Assembly (NCBI GenBank): GCA_963924565.1 | Contig: OZ004607.1 | Location: 9,486,001-9,550,000 of the forward strand | Direction: 5' to 3' | Source: Ascidiella aspersa | Lineage: Eukaryota | DNA: 64,000 nucleotides | In this document: in pieces, positions 52,994 through 63,895 of the stretch | How the letters are laid out: each line of letters begins with the position of its first letter | How positions within the stretch are numbered: position 1 is the stretch's first letter | Translations under genes and position numbers: made by a program | Notes under the pieces: generated by a model | Told to the model about the DNA's origin: nothing | The model's input: the letters and a program-made list of their open reading frames with translations, nothing else | The model's database searches: none

Positions 52994-54084
52994 TCATGTA
53001 AAAGGCCGGTCCACTGGAGGCTCCCATCGCCTTTTGGGTTTCTTTTTGTTGACAAACCACATGTGCTTTGAAGTGTGGAACATCTCTGCCAAGTTTAGAA
53101 CGGTCGGAACAGTGTCACGATCGTACAGAGGCCAACCATGCTCGATTGCGGGGGCCTGGACTGGCTTCGAACCGGTATCGCTTTCATCCAATTTGTGTCT
53201 GAAAACAGGCAACATTAGATTTCACCACAGTTTTTTATAGTTTTGGTTCAGTGACCAATAGGAAATTTAAGAGACTGAAACTTTGAATTCTCTAATGTAT
53301 TTACAGGGTTGTCGAGTTGCAGAAGTTAAAAAGCTTGAAATATGTATTGATCTTAAATATGTTGTTATTAAAAAATATGAACCACCTTTTTATCAAAAGC
53401 ATGTGGAAATCACATTTTACTTAATTTTGCATATTCAACTAAAAACTTACTTGACCAATGTGTTTACATTATCAAACGCAGAATATCTTGGGTCGTCTCG
53501 TGGTATTGGAATAGTTTTCTCATATTCAACTATTGTTCGAGGATGATACATGCAAATGGTTTGACCATCCTTGCACAATGCTACTCTTGGTACTCTGTTT
53601 GCATAGTGTTGCTTCAGTGTATATTTAAAATACAGAACATTCCATAATATATACAGTTTTAGTTGTGTACTTTAAAAAATGTACTTTAAAAAGGCTCTTC
53701 AAATTAAACACTGTTCTGTTCAATTAAGTTTTGTTTTAAAATCTTATCCAATTTTACAAATAAATATATTTAAACTTACCCTGGATCGTCAAAACTGTCT
53801 TCATGCGATGACTTTGAAGCAACACAAAACACTAAAAAAGTCAACATTTTGGTACAGCTTTTACTACTTGTATATATTATAATGACAAAACACATGACAA
53901 AGTGCTTAAATTAAATTGAAAAAGTAAAAGGATTAGGGGCTGGTCCACAATTTAATAAATTTGGTTGTCTGCAAAACCTCTACAATAAGTTTGTAAAAAA
54001 ATATCCACTTTTTATTTTACCTGTTAGTAAGTTACTTCTTCTTCCACGCAACAAGTTAGACGGAATTCTTCGCAAACAAGCCAT
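52994..54084 (-). CDS. MRPL42: Mitochondrial large-subunit ribosomal protein mL42, 4 exons, 154 aa
   Basis: Exons on the - strand are 54084-54021, 53831-53780, 53594-53451 and 53198-52994, all GT-AG and in phase. Translation: MACLRRIPSNLLRGRRSNLLT (Arg-rich, acid-free mitochondrial presequence)...VALCKDGQTICMYHPRTIVEYEKTIPIPRDDP...LAEMFHTSKHMWF...PPVDRPFT. This matches the mL42 motifs LALTSDGRTIVCYHP/YEHTKPIPR, LSKMFFTTKHRWY and PPKDR. Confidence 0.92.
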
Positions 54085-54300
54085 CGGCAGGCGTTTAAAA
54101 TTGATTGAATTTAACTAAGTCCCAACAGTTGTTTTTCATTTTCGGTCACACATGTAAAGTTTGTTTTCCTAATACCAAAGTTGAGGAGGTCACCAGTAGG
54201 AAAAAAACGCAGGATTGAGTCGCCATTTTTGGTATGCAACTTTGTAATAATCTTGTGGTGAAACTAACCTAACGTTGCTTATGTGTGAACTGTAATCCAA
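54085..54300. promoter_or_regulatory. Candidate bidirectional promoter region of MRPL42/ARL2BP with a YY1-type motif CGCCATTTT (54221-54229)
   Basis: The two genes are head-to-head with ATGs ~1.5 kb apart. The YY1-like motif is followed by a possible + strand donor G|GTATGC at 54232, and there is an acceptor aacag at 55603 ahead of the ARL2BP ATG. Confidence 0.4.
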
Positions 54301-55629
54301 CAAATAATATATTTTATAAAGCGTACGTATAACTCCAGAACTGTTTAATAAGCCCAACGTTGGGAAATAAAAGTGATTAAGTTATGAACAGTAACAAAAA
54401 AATCAAATCATCACCAGCCGTTGTTAAAATACCTCGCTATTTGTTGTGAGTTTCGTTGGTAACTCTGTGTGAAATCGAATTCAAAATGACTAACTTTTAA
54501 TGTGTAATTTAAAGCTTGTCATTTTATGAAGGTGACTTGTTGAATTATTTTCACTATAATATATAATGTAAGATGTATACTTTATAAACTATGCTTCTTG
54601 CCAGGCCACTTTCTTGTTTTAACCAAAGGTGCCCTAACCGTTTTACTTACTATACTATACACAGTAAGAAAGTATAGGATAAACAAAATGTGGTTGAATT
54701 CTAGACCAGCGCCGATGTGTGTTCAGAAGCTACGCAGCATGCCTGGCAATTTTCTTTATGATAATGAGAAGTATATTTTAACCATAAGGGCCTGAACTGT
54801 TTTACTAACAATACATCTTTTTGTGGCCGTATTTGTCTAATTCTAAATAGAGTAATCAGGTGGCACTATGTAAAGACAGATTGTGTTGCATTCTCGACAA
54901 ATTTTTACACAACCGAATTTTATCTGGTCAAAGTAGAAATGAAAGCATTTAAAATGCACTTGTAGAAACACAAGCGGGAGCAAAAGGTCTAACATAACCT
55001 TGATAAAGTCCTACATATCCGCACTGACTACACAGTATCGGATAGACAAACTATTCTATTACCAAGACATAACAAATCATAAACATGGATGGTTTAAATA
55101 TTTATTTAAAGAGAAACTTTCCCATACAATTCTTTAAATGTAAAGGATCCATTCCATTAATTTGTTGCTGAAATTTATTTTATATATTTAATCTTCGAAG
55201 ACCAACATGAAAATTAAATTTATAAAAATGTAAATTGATATTAATAAATTATTTGATTGAAACTATGTCTAACTTAAATAATTCTAAAACTTTCTACATC
55301 ATGAAAGACACAATTTATTTGCATTTTTTTAATCTACTGCTATAAATAAATTTACTAACTGATAGTCATTATATTTATCATTTATTTCTTCCTATATATT
55401 GTCACTCACAAAAACCAAAAGGAATCAATAGTAGTATAAATGATAAAGATCATTAAAACCTAGAGCATATATTGACTGTTAATTTTTTTATAAAATTTTT
55501 TTTTTTATTTCTGTCTCTCTTTTAAAAATAATGTAAATACTTAAATCATTAATGCAAAATAACTCGAGCAGCCACATATTTTTAGTGTATTACTAGTTAA
55601 CAGTTTGAAAGAATAATACCAAAACAAGA

Positions 55630-56121
55630 ATGAATCCACACAATCTTCAAGTTGAGCAAATGGAAATCACATTGGATGAAGGATCTTCATCGGAAGACAG
55701 TCGAAGATTCGACGAACTAATTGGGATAATACAGGACACCATGATGAGTGAATCATTTCAGCAGATCCAGTACAACTTCATGGAAAAGTACTACACTGAG
55801 TTTGAGGACACAGATGAAAACAAGTTCATCTACACAGACATTTTCCAGGAGTATTCTGCGATCATTGAAAATTACCTAGAATCTCAGTTAAAACTCCGAA
55901 TCCCAGGATTTTCCATGACTAAATTCTCGGCCTCACTAAATGCGCACAAGCACGAGATCACCGACGACATTTTCGAAATGTTCTTGACCTTCACTGACTT
56001 TCTCGCATTCAAGGAAATGTTCATCGATTATCGCGCTGAAAAGGAGGGAAGGCACGTAGACCTGGCACAAAACTTTCTGGTACAGCCCTTGGTGCCTTCG
56101 TGTTCTGTAACTTCGAGTTAA
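55630..56121 (+). CDS. ARL2BP: ADP-ribosylation factor-like protein 2-binding protein (BART), 163 aa, single coding exon
   Basis: FMEKYYTEFEDTDENKFIYTDIFQEY...RIPGFSM...DIFEMFLTFTDFLAFKEMFIDYRAEKEGR is nearly identical to the ARL2BP signature as I recall it. Confidence 0.96.
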   Translation: MNPHNLQVEQMEITLDEGSSSEDSRRFDELIGIIQDTMMSESFQQIQYNFMEKYYTEFEDTDENKFIYTDIFQEYSAIIENYLESQLKLRIPGFSMTKFSASLNAHKHEITDDIFEMFLTFTDFLAFKEMFIDYRAEKEGRHVDLAQNFLVQPLVPSCSVTSS

Positions 56122-56577
56122 AAAAGTGTTACCACCCTTTAAACCTCAAACATATCAGACATTTCCATCCAGTAAACCGTATCTGTGTTGCTAAGAAGAA
56201 AACTCCACAAACTAGGTTTAGTTTGTATGCTTTTAATGTGGGACGAACTCAGAGTGTAAAACTTGCTTATTGCATTGTGATTGATTTGTGTACTGTACAT
56301 ATATACAACATGCTCTTCCATGCTTTCTATTGTTCGAATAACAATAGCTTGTAAATTTGTTTCGTTGTGCCTTGTGATGTTGCAATGTTTTACTGCATAT
56401 ATTATAACTTATGAAATTACTGATTTTGGGAATTTCTGCCAATGAGTCTGGAATGGAAACAATAAGGTTGAGAACTGCATTTCTGGCCGGAAAAGAATAC
56501 TAATTTTCAGTTTAAAACCAGAAATCATCATTATGTTTTTTTTAAGGTTTCAACCACCTAAACCAGACTGTTGATAC

Positions 56578-57110
56578 ACCCGATCCGTTAGAAATTAGTG
56601 CATTTCTAAGCAAAAAGGTCTACGACAATTAGTGCATCCAAAGTATCAAAAAGTCCGACTTTTAGACTTTGAGGTCTCGGTACCCAAACGCTAACCAGCA
56701 CCCTAACCAAATAATGTGCGTTGAATTAATAATTACATAAACGCTTTAGGCCCTAATATCTCATTTTGTGCCGTAACAATCCTGTATGTGTATACCATGG
56801 ACGAGAAACTATCTTATGCCCACCGAAAGTTTGTTTTTTTCCCCAGCATTCAAATAATTATTACATTAACGCACTTTATTTGGGTTAGGGTGGGTCAAGT
56901 GTTATTAATGCCATCTCACACTTTTTGTAATCTTTTGTGAATGTTCAACGAATATTTTCAATTTATCTACGCCGGGAGTTTACCTAAAGGTCCAAATTAG
57001 TACATTGCCACGACCTCAAGGTCTAAAAATCTAGACTTTTCTGCCATTGGATGCCCTAATTTTCGTAGACCTTTTTGCTTAGAAATGCACTAATTTCTAA
57101 CGGATCGGGT
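56578..57110. mobile_element. Non-autonomous DNA transposon/MITE with ~110-bp TIRs (Mutator-like)
   Basis: The left end acccgatccgttagaaattagtgcatttctaagcaaaaaggtctacga is the exact reverse complement of the right end ...tcgtagacctttttgcttagaaatgcactaatttctaacggatcgggt, and similarity continues for ~110 bp. Flanks are tgttgatac and tgttgatat (8 of 9 identical, a TSD). Confidence 0.85.
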
Positions 57111-57581
57111 TGTTGATATCACTTCATATTCCGTTAAAAATAGGTAAATAAATTGAATAATGTACAAATAGTTTGCAATTATTTTGAAATTAAACAAATT
57201 CGATTTGGTGCAATCAATCAACTATAAAATACGAAAAAACAAAATGTGGAAATCTGATCGTTTTACGTGCAACGATTAAAATAAGTCACTCAATTTTATA
57301 ACGAAATGTTAAATAAAAACACTAATTTCAACTCTCATTTGAATCAAATGACAAGTCAAGTCCTTTGTCAAAAAACCTAAGTCAAGCCATTTGAAAACAG
57401 TTACGTAAGTCACTACAATACTGACAGTTGACAGTATTTTTTTTCATAAAGAAGTTCAGCGATGTTAGGCAGCTTTGTTTAACAACGATAAAAAATATAC
57501 ATCACAAAACCGTCAGTTTTATTCGGGTAATTTTAGCAGTACAATTTCTTTTTAAAATGGCGTAATTCAGATATTGCACCC

Positions 57582-57967
57582 CAGGGCTGCGAGTCGGACT
57601 CGGGACTGGACGGAGTTTGGTTTGTTTTACTAGAGTTGTCGTGACTCGAGTTATAAGACCACGTAAATCTACCCGAGTCTGACATGCGCATGCGCAGTAC
57701 CAAATTTCGAAGCTGATATTGCCGCATACTGTAAATTTTAAAGATGGAAGGTTGGATATTTTCTAATCATGTATTTTGGATGGGTAAATTATATGACACC
57801 CGGGTGAGTCGTTAGTGGAATGTCCACCTTAAATTAGTCACCTAAATTGGTCAAATACAGGCTGAAGGTTCGGAGCCAGTACTCGGGACTGGACGAAATC
57901 GCACATTAGGCCGTAGTCGGACTCGGGAGTTGGACTCGGGTTATTTTTAACCGACTCCGCATCTCTG
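57582..57967. mobile_element. MITE with CAGGGCTGCG-AGTCGG...CCGACTCCGCATCTCTG termini and internal GGACTCGGG repeats
   Basis: Imperfect terminal inverted repeats and repeated gactcggga subterminal motifs. No clear TSD. Confidence 0.6.
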
Positions 57968-59672
57968 GTCTTGTCACAACGAATTATCAAGTAGGCTATA
58001 AACTGTAAAAAGTAAAGAACCTGTAGACTGTAGAGTTATGATATGCTATTAGCTAGTCAATGTTTTTGCACTTAGGTGCTATGACGTCTGTGTTATTTTT
58101 CAATGTTGCGTGGTGTGGCATATTTATTTGTCTTTTTTGTTGTCGAAGCAGTGGTAATCAGCATTTTGTGTTGGTTTCATAAGTGATTGGGCTTAGACTT
58201 AGAGTCAAATTTAACAACCTTCATATCTTGTGGTCGGCTCGCGAAATAATTACGTCAATTAGAACGCCCTTTCATTGAATTAACAATATGAGCTCAACTT
58301 ACCAAATCAAGCACCACAAACCCACCCTTGGAATGCCTAACGTTAAAGCAAATCGCTGCAAGTGTAAATGGCTGATGTCAAGGTCCAAGCAAAAGTTCTT
58401 TGCCTGAAGTGATTTAACAATTTTTCCTCCATTTACCTGTAAGCCGCGTGTCGAATTAATGAAGTTTTGTGTCATTTAGGCTTGTGATTTGCCAATTTTA
58501 TGTAGTGCCTATAGTTCAAACAAGGCTTTCCTATGTACTTTTACAGCAATTAACAGGAAACGGCCTTTTTTCAGCGACATGAAGCTTTTTTTTTTTTTTT
58601 TTGACTGCCTTGATAGAAACCTCAATACCACCAAACAAAGCAAGAAAATCCACAGCTATGATAATATATACATGGACAACATTTTTAACTGCATTATATC
58701 TTGATTAGAGCAATATACGATATACGCGAACCGGCAGGATTTACCACGTATATAGCCTACTCGTATAGGCCTAGGCTTGGTTTATCGCATAAATTTCAAC
58801 TCGAAGCTCGTGTTTTCTTCAGATAGTTGTGTAGTAGGCTATCTCTGATTTGGACAAATGTATTGAACAATATTCTCTGTCGTTTTTGGTGGTAATTTGC
58901 AATTATCCTAGTATCCTACTTGGTATATTGATAATAATCTGCAGGTCGTTTTGCTTTTTTTTAAGCTGTAACATGAAAAGTTGGTCTAATAATATTTATT
59001 TTTTAACACGACTTTGGCCTTTAGAGTTCCTTGCACATGTTACCTAATAAATCAACAAAGAAAACGTTGCAGTTTATTTTAGTTTAAGGCTTTTTTGCCT
59101 AAATTAACTGGACTATAGAATACAGAGCTGCTACAAGCATCCGGGTTCGTATTTTGACAATTGTTTATTTTCGGCCAAATTCCTTTTATGCGGTCCAACG
59201 TTCTGTCAAATAGCCTGAAAACAAAATGTGTACTTTTATTATTAGGCTTGTTAACTTTAAAAAATGTTTATTTGTAACGACGTGGCATATGAAAACAGTG
59301 GATGTTTTAATAGTTTATCTTTAAGGCCGGTAGACTATGTGGTTACAGAAGTGTACTTACATGAGGATGTTTTTACTTGAGACACCGCACCGAAAATTCA
59401 ATAGACCTTTGATTCTACAAAATACCTTTACCGAATTGTTTTGTGTTAAAAATAATGCAAAGGAAATTAATCTAGCCAGAAAATTGTAATTATCTTGCAC
59501 GATTTCGCGTGTTTTACGTAATTTTTATGCAGCACCTTTTAACAAAAAACAGAGCGCATTCGATTGGTTTTCATATGCAGAGCTTTAGTGTTTGGTATGT
59601 GTTGTTGCACGACCCATTTCTAGGTTGAACCACTTACGTTTAACCGATACGAAACAAAATACACGAAAGGCG

Positions 59673-62243
59673 ATGACAACTGTAGCTGTTGTAACATGGA
59701 AACTGAAGCTAAAGTGTGTGATATTTGCTGGATTCGCTTTCACCGTAATATTTTGGATCTCTTTGCAACGGTATGAAAAAGGCTTAAAATTTGAGTTCGT
59801 AGCCAATTTTCGTGATGTTTAATTTGTATCACACAGTTTAAATCAGTGGTAAAACTAAACTGGAATAGTAAAATAATTTCTCGTGGAACGGCGGTGCGGT
59901 TAAATAATTATCAGGTAGGCCCATATGCGAACCGGTAAATAATGTTATTTTTACCTGCGGCCATGTCCCTTTTTCACCAGTCCATCCCACCATCTCCTTA
60001 ACTGTGATTTAACTAAGATTTAAGTTGCATTTTTGTGCATTACATCGAACGATCGCCTTTTTGGCTAAAATTGTCAAACATTACACTTTAGGTACATACA
60101 ACATATTCATATATTACTCAAAATAACAAAATTTGTACGGTAGTTTAATTTAACAAAATTTGCACTTTATAGAGTTTATAAGTTTACACGACGTACCATG
60201 TCGTCTATGGGACGATCAGATTACTACAAACGGACAAACATGTAGCAAAAACAGATAGAAGTTCGCGTGAAACTCAAAACGATTTTTGCATAATAGTGAA
60301 GTTAGCAAAAATATAGTTTGGGGGTACATTACCTGATGGCTCCTTCAGGATCGACCCATGGCTGTAAGTTATAAAAGATAATTTTGTTATTGAAATACAC
60401 TTGATTCATTTAGGTCCCGTTCCGATTATTCAACGAGGCCTAGGTACCTACAAATTTCGAGGCGACCCAATAACCGAAGTCCTAGCAACCAGAATTCAAC
60501 TTCGTCACGGCCTAGCAACCGATCCGAAGTTTTTACAGGTCAAGCGAAGGTTCAGAAAGGAAAACCAAATCCAGCTGTTAACCTTTCTTTATTCCCAGCT
60601 AAGGTAAAAGCAATATGATGTTGCTGACCTATTGCAGAGATCGGGTTTGACATGCTTCTTCAAACCTATGCCAGTGTTGTAATGATCTAGGTCATTTACT
60701 AGACTTAAGTACACTTTTATCGCTGTTCTTAAATACCTTGACTTGACTTAAGCAGTTTAGGCAAATGACTTGACTTTAAGTGAAAAGCTATTGTTTTAAA
60801 TATTTTTGAGTAAAATTTGGCTAGTTGTTCACTGCAGTTTCCTCCTGTAAAACAGTTTGCTCGCTGAAATATTACGCTTTTTATGTTTGCTAATATACAT
60901 CTCGCTCGGGATCAAACGAGTTTGCCAATTTAAATAGTTTAAAATTTTATTCAAATGACTTCATTGACTTGGACTTGAGTCATTTCAAAATTACAAAATT
61001 ACTTACGTACAAACCTGACAAATGCTACAAGGCGATGCGTAGCACAAAGCTGTAAGTCAAAATAATAGTTAACAGGGCTAATATTAGTTACAAAGCATTT
61101 TTTTATTTGTTAAAACAATCAAACAGTCAACTTTACACGCTAATCGACCGAGCTTGGCTGCAGTGCTAAAAATACGAAAAAAATCTTAGGGGCAGTGTAT
61201 GAACTCAAAAAAGTCTTGATACTTCACTATGTAGGTGATTCTAGCATGGGACACTTTCAAGACCCCAATGGTACCGGACAGCAGTCAATGTGGCAAATGC
61301 AAGGTCACGCACGACCGAACAAAGGTAAAAACGGTTTTCGTTTTATGCTAGCGATTTATCAATTGTTTATGGTGGGCGTTAATGATATATTTTGAAATTA
61401 TTTGTTGAAGGGGGGTTTATGAAAGTTTGTTTATCTTTGACAATTTTAGCTGGACCATAAGGATACAGCGGCTGTGGTAATTTACTTCAGGGAGTTATTA
61501 GAGAACTACCCCGTGAAGAACAGCAGGTACAGGCCTATATACATTTTTATGACAAAGTACGTGCAGTTTATTCTAAAAAGTTAAAAAAACGCCTACTTTG
61601 AAAAATCCACGTGGACCAAACGTTAAGTGAATCAGTTGGACAAAAACGGTTAAAGTACAGCAAAATAATGGGATATATATAGTGGTTATATTATATGGAC
61701 AACTTACATTTCAGTATAAAAAAATATCAAAATCAGTTTAACCCTACAAACAATTAATCAAACCTTATACTCACGGCTGTTTTAATTAAAATGTGGTCTG
61801 GTCCAATTTTATTTTTTTTCACTGTGTTAAATTACCTCGTTACAATATTGTCATCCAAGGCTATATAAGGTGTACGATTGCTTCATTTTGGTTTATAGGC
61901 TTTATTCAAAAGTTAGCTCCAGGAAACGGTTTTACATCATAAAACAAAAAGCGCATTAAGAGATCAAGATTATATTTTCTCAATAAGGCCTCATTAGATC
62001 GGCTTTAGACACTGCTGACACTTTCACAAGCGAAATTCGTGTGCAGAAACATCCAAGTAAATGTACAAGTTTTTTTAAACCACTGTTAAAATAATAAACT
62101 AAAGGTTGTCCGAACAGGAGGTCTTCGCAACTATTTGTATGGTGGAGTCTTCAAAGCCCATCCAGAACACAGAAAACACTTCAAAGTAACAACAGCCTCT
62201 ATAAGCTCGATGATTACTATTTCAATGCAACTCTGTCGTACAG
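59673..62243 (+). CDS. GT10 alpha-1,3/4-fucosyltransferase-like type II membrane protein, 5' partial (continues beyond the window)
   Basis: Exons 59673-59770, 60414-60603, 61235-61324, 61450-61526 and 62118-62243 are all in phase. They encode an N-terminal TM (CVIFAGFAFTVIFWISL), a Ser/Arg/Pro stem with N-glycosylation sequons, then VILAW...CGKCKVTHDRTKL...AAVVIY...RSSQLFVWWSLQSP...YFNATLSYR. This matches the GT10 N-domain motifs ILxW, CxxTxDR, QxWVWxxxESP and FNxTxSYR. Confidence 0.88.
60690..60990. repeat. Interspersed gacttga/caagtc(attt) repeat family member
   Basis: Clusters of gacttgactt/aagtcattt. Related patches occur at ~5120-5200, ~52408-52490 and ~57335-57410. Confidence 0.45.
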
Positions 62244-62444
62244 GTTTGTAGCCCGAGTTGTACTGTAATATCAACGTGTTTGAGCTATCCTTAAATATGC
62301 CTTATTCCGCTTTTGCTTTTACAAATATAAAATACATACTGTTTGACTGTTCTTGAATAATTGACATTTAACCAAGACCTTTCACTTTATCTTTATTTTA
62401 TTTTGTAGCTAAATGTAAGGACTGTTTGGGCGTATAGGTTAAAT

Positions 62445-62710
62445 CAGTGTTCTCAACATTTTTACGTCAGGGAGCACCTGTGTAACTTTATAAACGAGGT
62501 GGCGCACCTGGCGAGCAGAGCGCAAAATATTTTGGGTATACTGGTATTTCCATTAAATTGTTTGCAAGTTTTGGTAGGCCTCGTGGTTCTGTTGTAGGCT
62601 TAAATAACTATGGGCTTAATGAAAAGCCGAAATAAAAAGTAAAAAAAATGATAAAAAATATATGTCGAATATTTTTTCATTGACCTGCGGCGCACCGGTT
62701 GGTAAAAAAA
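62445..62710. mobile_element. Degenerate hAT/Charlie-like MITE
   Basis: Left end cagtgttctcaac, internal repeated g(c/a)gcacc motifs, decayed right end cggcgcaccggttggtaaa. Confidence 0.4.
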
Positions 62711-62826
62711 AAATATGCAATTAATAAATCAACCGTTAAAAACAGTTTTTTCAAATAACTTTTTACATTGCGCTACAAAAGAATAACGAAACCCACATTA
62801 ACAATACACCAGGCGGTGTTTGAAGG

Positions 62827-63895
62827 CAGTGGCGTATCCAGGGGGGGGAGGGGGTTTGGACCCCCCTTTTTGAAAGTGACATTATTGTTTTTTGTTCGTT
62901 TTGTCAGCGTTTAAACTCACCGTCCGAAGCTACGTGTTTTCAAATGTAACTGGGTCACGCGTCTTAAGCTAATGCGAAACCAAAATCAAACGCAAAAGTT
63001 TCTCGCTGTTTGTTGTCTGCGTTAATATCAGATGTTCAGATGTTGGTGTAAGACTGGGGTCGGCAACCTACTGTGATTCATCAGGCCCGTCGCCTCTTTG
63101 ACATACTATACACGAGTTCATTTTAAATACTTTTTGACTATTTTAACTACGTAAGTGCGTGCAAAAAATTTTCGCGCTTGGCGCGAATGATCTCACTACG
63201 TCCGGTTTGTTAACGTTTTGATGCTGTATTTTGAACTAGATCAGTCCTTCTTTACCGTTGCGCCGTGGAAAGCTGCCAAGTGCGTCGCGGACAAACCGAA
63301 AACGTATTCAAAAATATTTGACATTTATTTTGTAACATTTTTTATTTTCGGCAATGTAATAAAAACTTGCAAGAAATTTAAAAGAAATGCCGTTATACCA
63401 AAAAAAAATAACGCTGAACTAGATTAACTAACTATTAGAGTTATCGCGTTTCTTCGAAGTAGTTTTATATGTTGCGCTAATCGAAACACCCGGGAAAACG
63501 ATCTTCGTTTAGTATTGCAGGTGGCGAGAGACGTGCTTGTAATTTAGCCTAGTCCCATACATGGATCTACCAAAATCAATCACATATATTTCACGGTCTT
63601 GGTTTAGTTATTGGCCTGTAAACCTTCGCACACTAAGCGGTTTCGCAGCTGGCTGGCAGGATTGTCGATAACGCACGTGTTCGCTTTGCGTCTAAATGTT
63701 CGCTTTTGCTGGGCGTTAATTGGCTGTTTCGGATGATTTTTTTTCTTGTTTGTGACGTCATTACCATCGCTATTTTATGACGTCATATCCGTCACTGTTT
63801 TATGACGTCATTAACCTCAGACGAAAAAACAACGGGGAATTCCCTAAGTTGAAAATTCGGTACCCCCCCTTTTTGAATTTCTGGATACGCCCCTG
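62827..63895. mobile_element. Non-autonomous hAT-type element (~1.07 kb) in a fucosyltransferase intron
   Basis: TIRs CAGTGGCGTATCCAG / CTGGATACGCCCCTG, with a perfect 8-bp TSD tttgaagg at 62819-62826 and 63896-63903. Confidence 0.88.

Noticed and set aside
54100-54226. Signal-peptide-like ORF with in-frame TGA as a possible selenoprotein
   Set aside because: Read-through hits TAA within ~17 codons, there is no redox motif or recognisable SECIS, and the region is the MRPL42 leader/promoter.
60481-60520. Two CCTAGCAAC RFX/X-box-like motifs 30 bp apart, suggesting a ciliary promoter
   Set aside because: They lie inside a coding exon of the FUT-like gene and encode a repeated Pro-Ser-Asn in the stem region.
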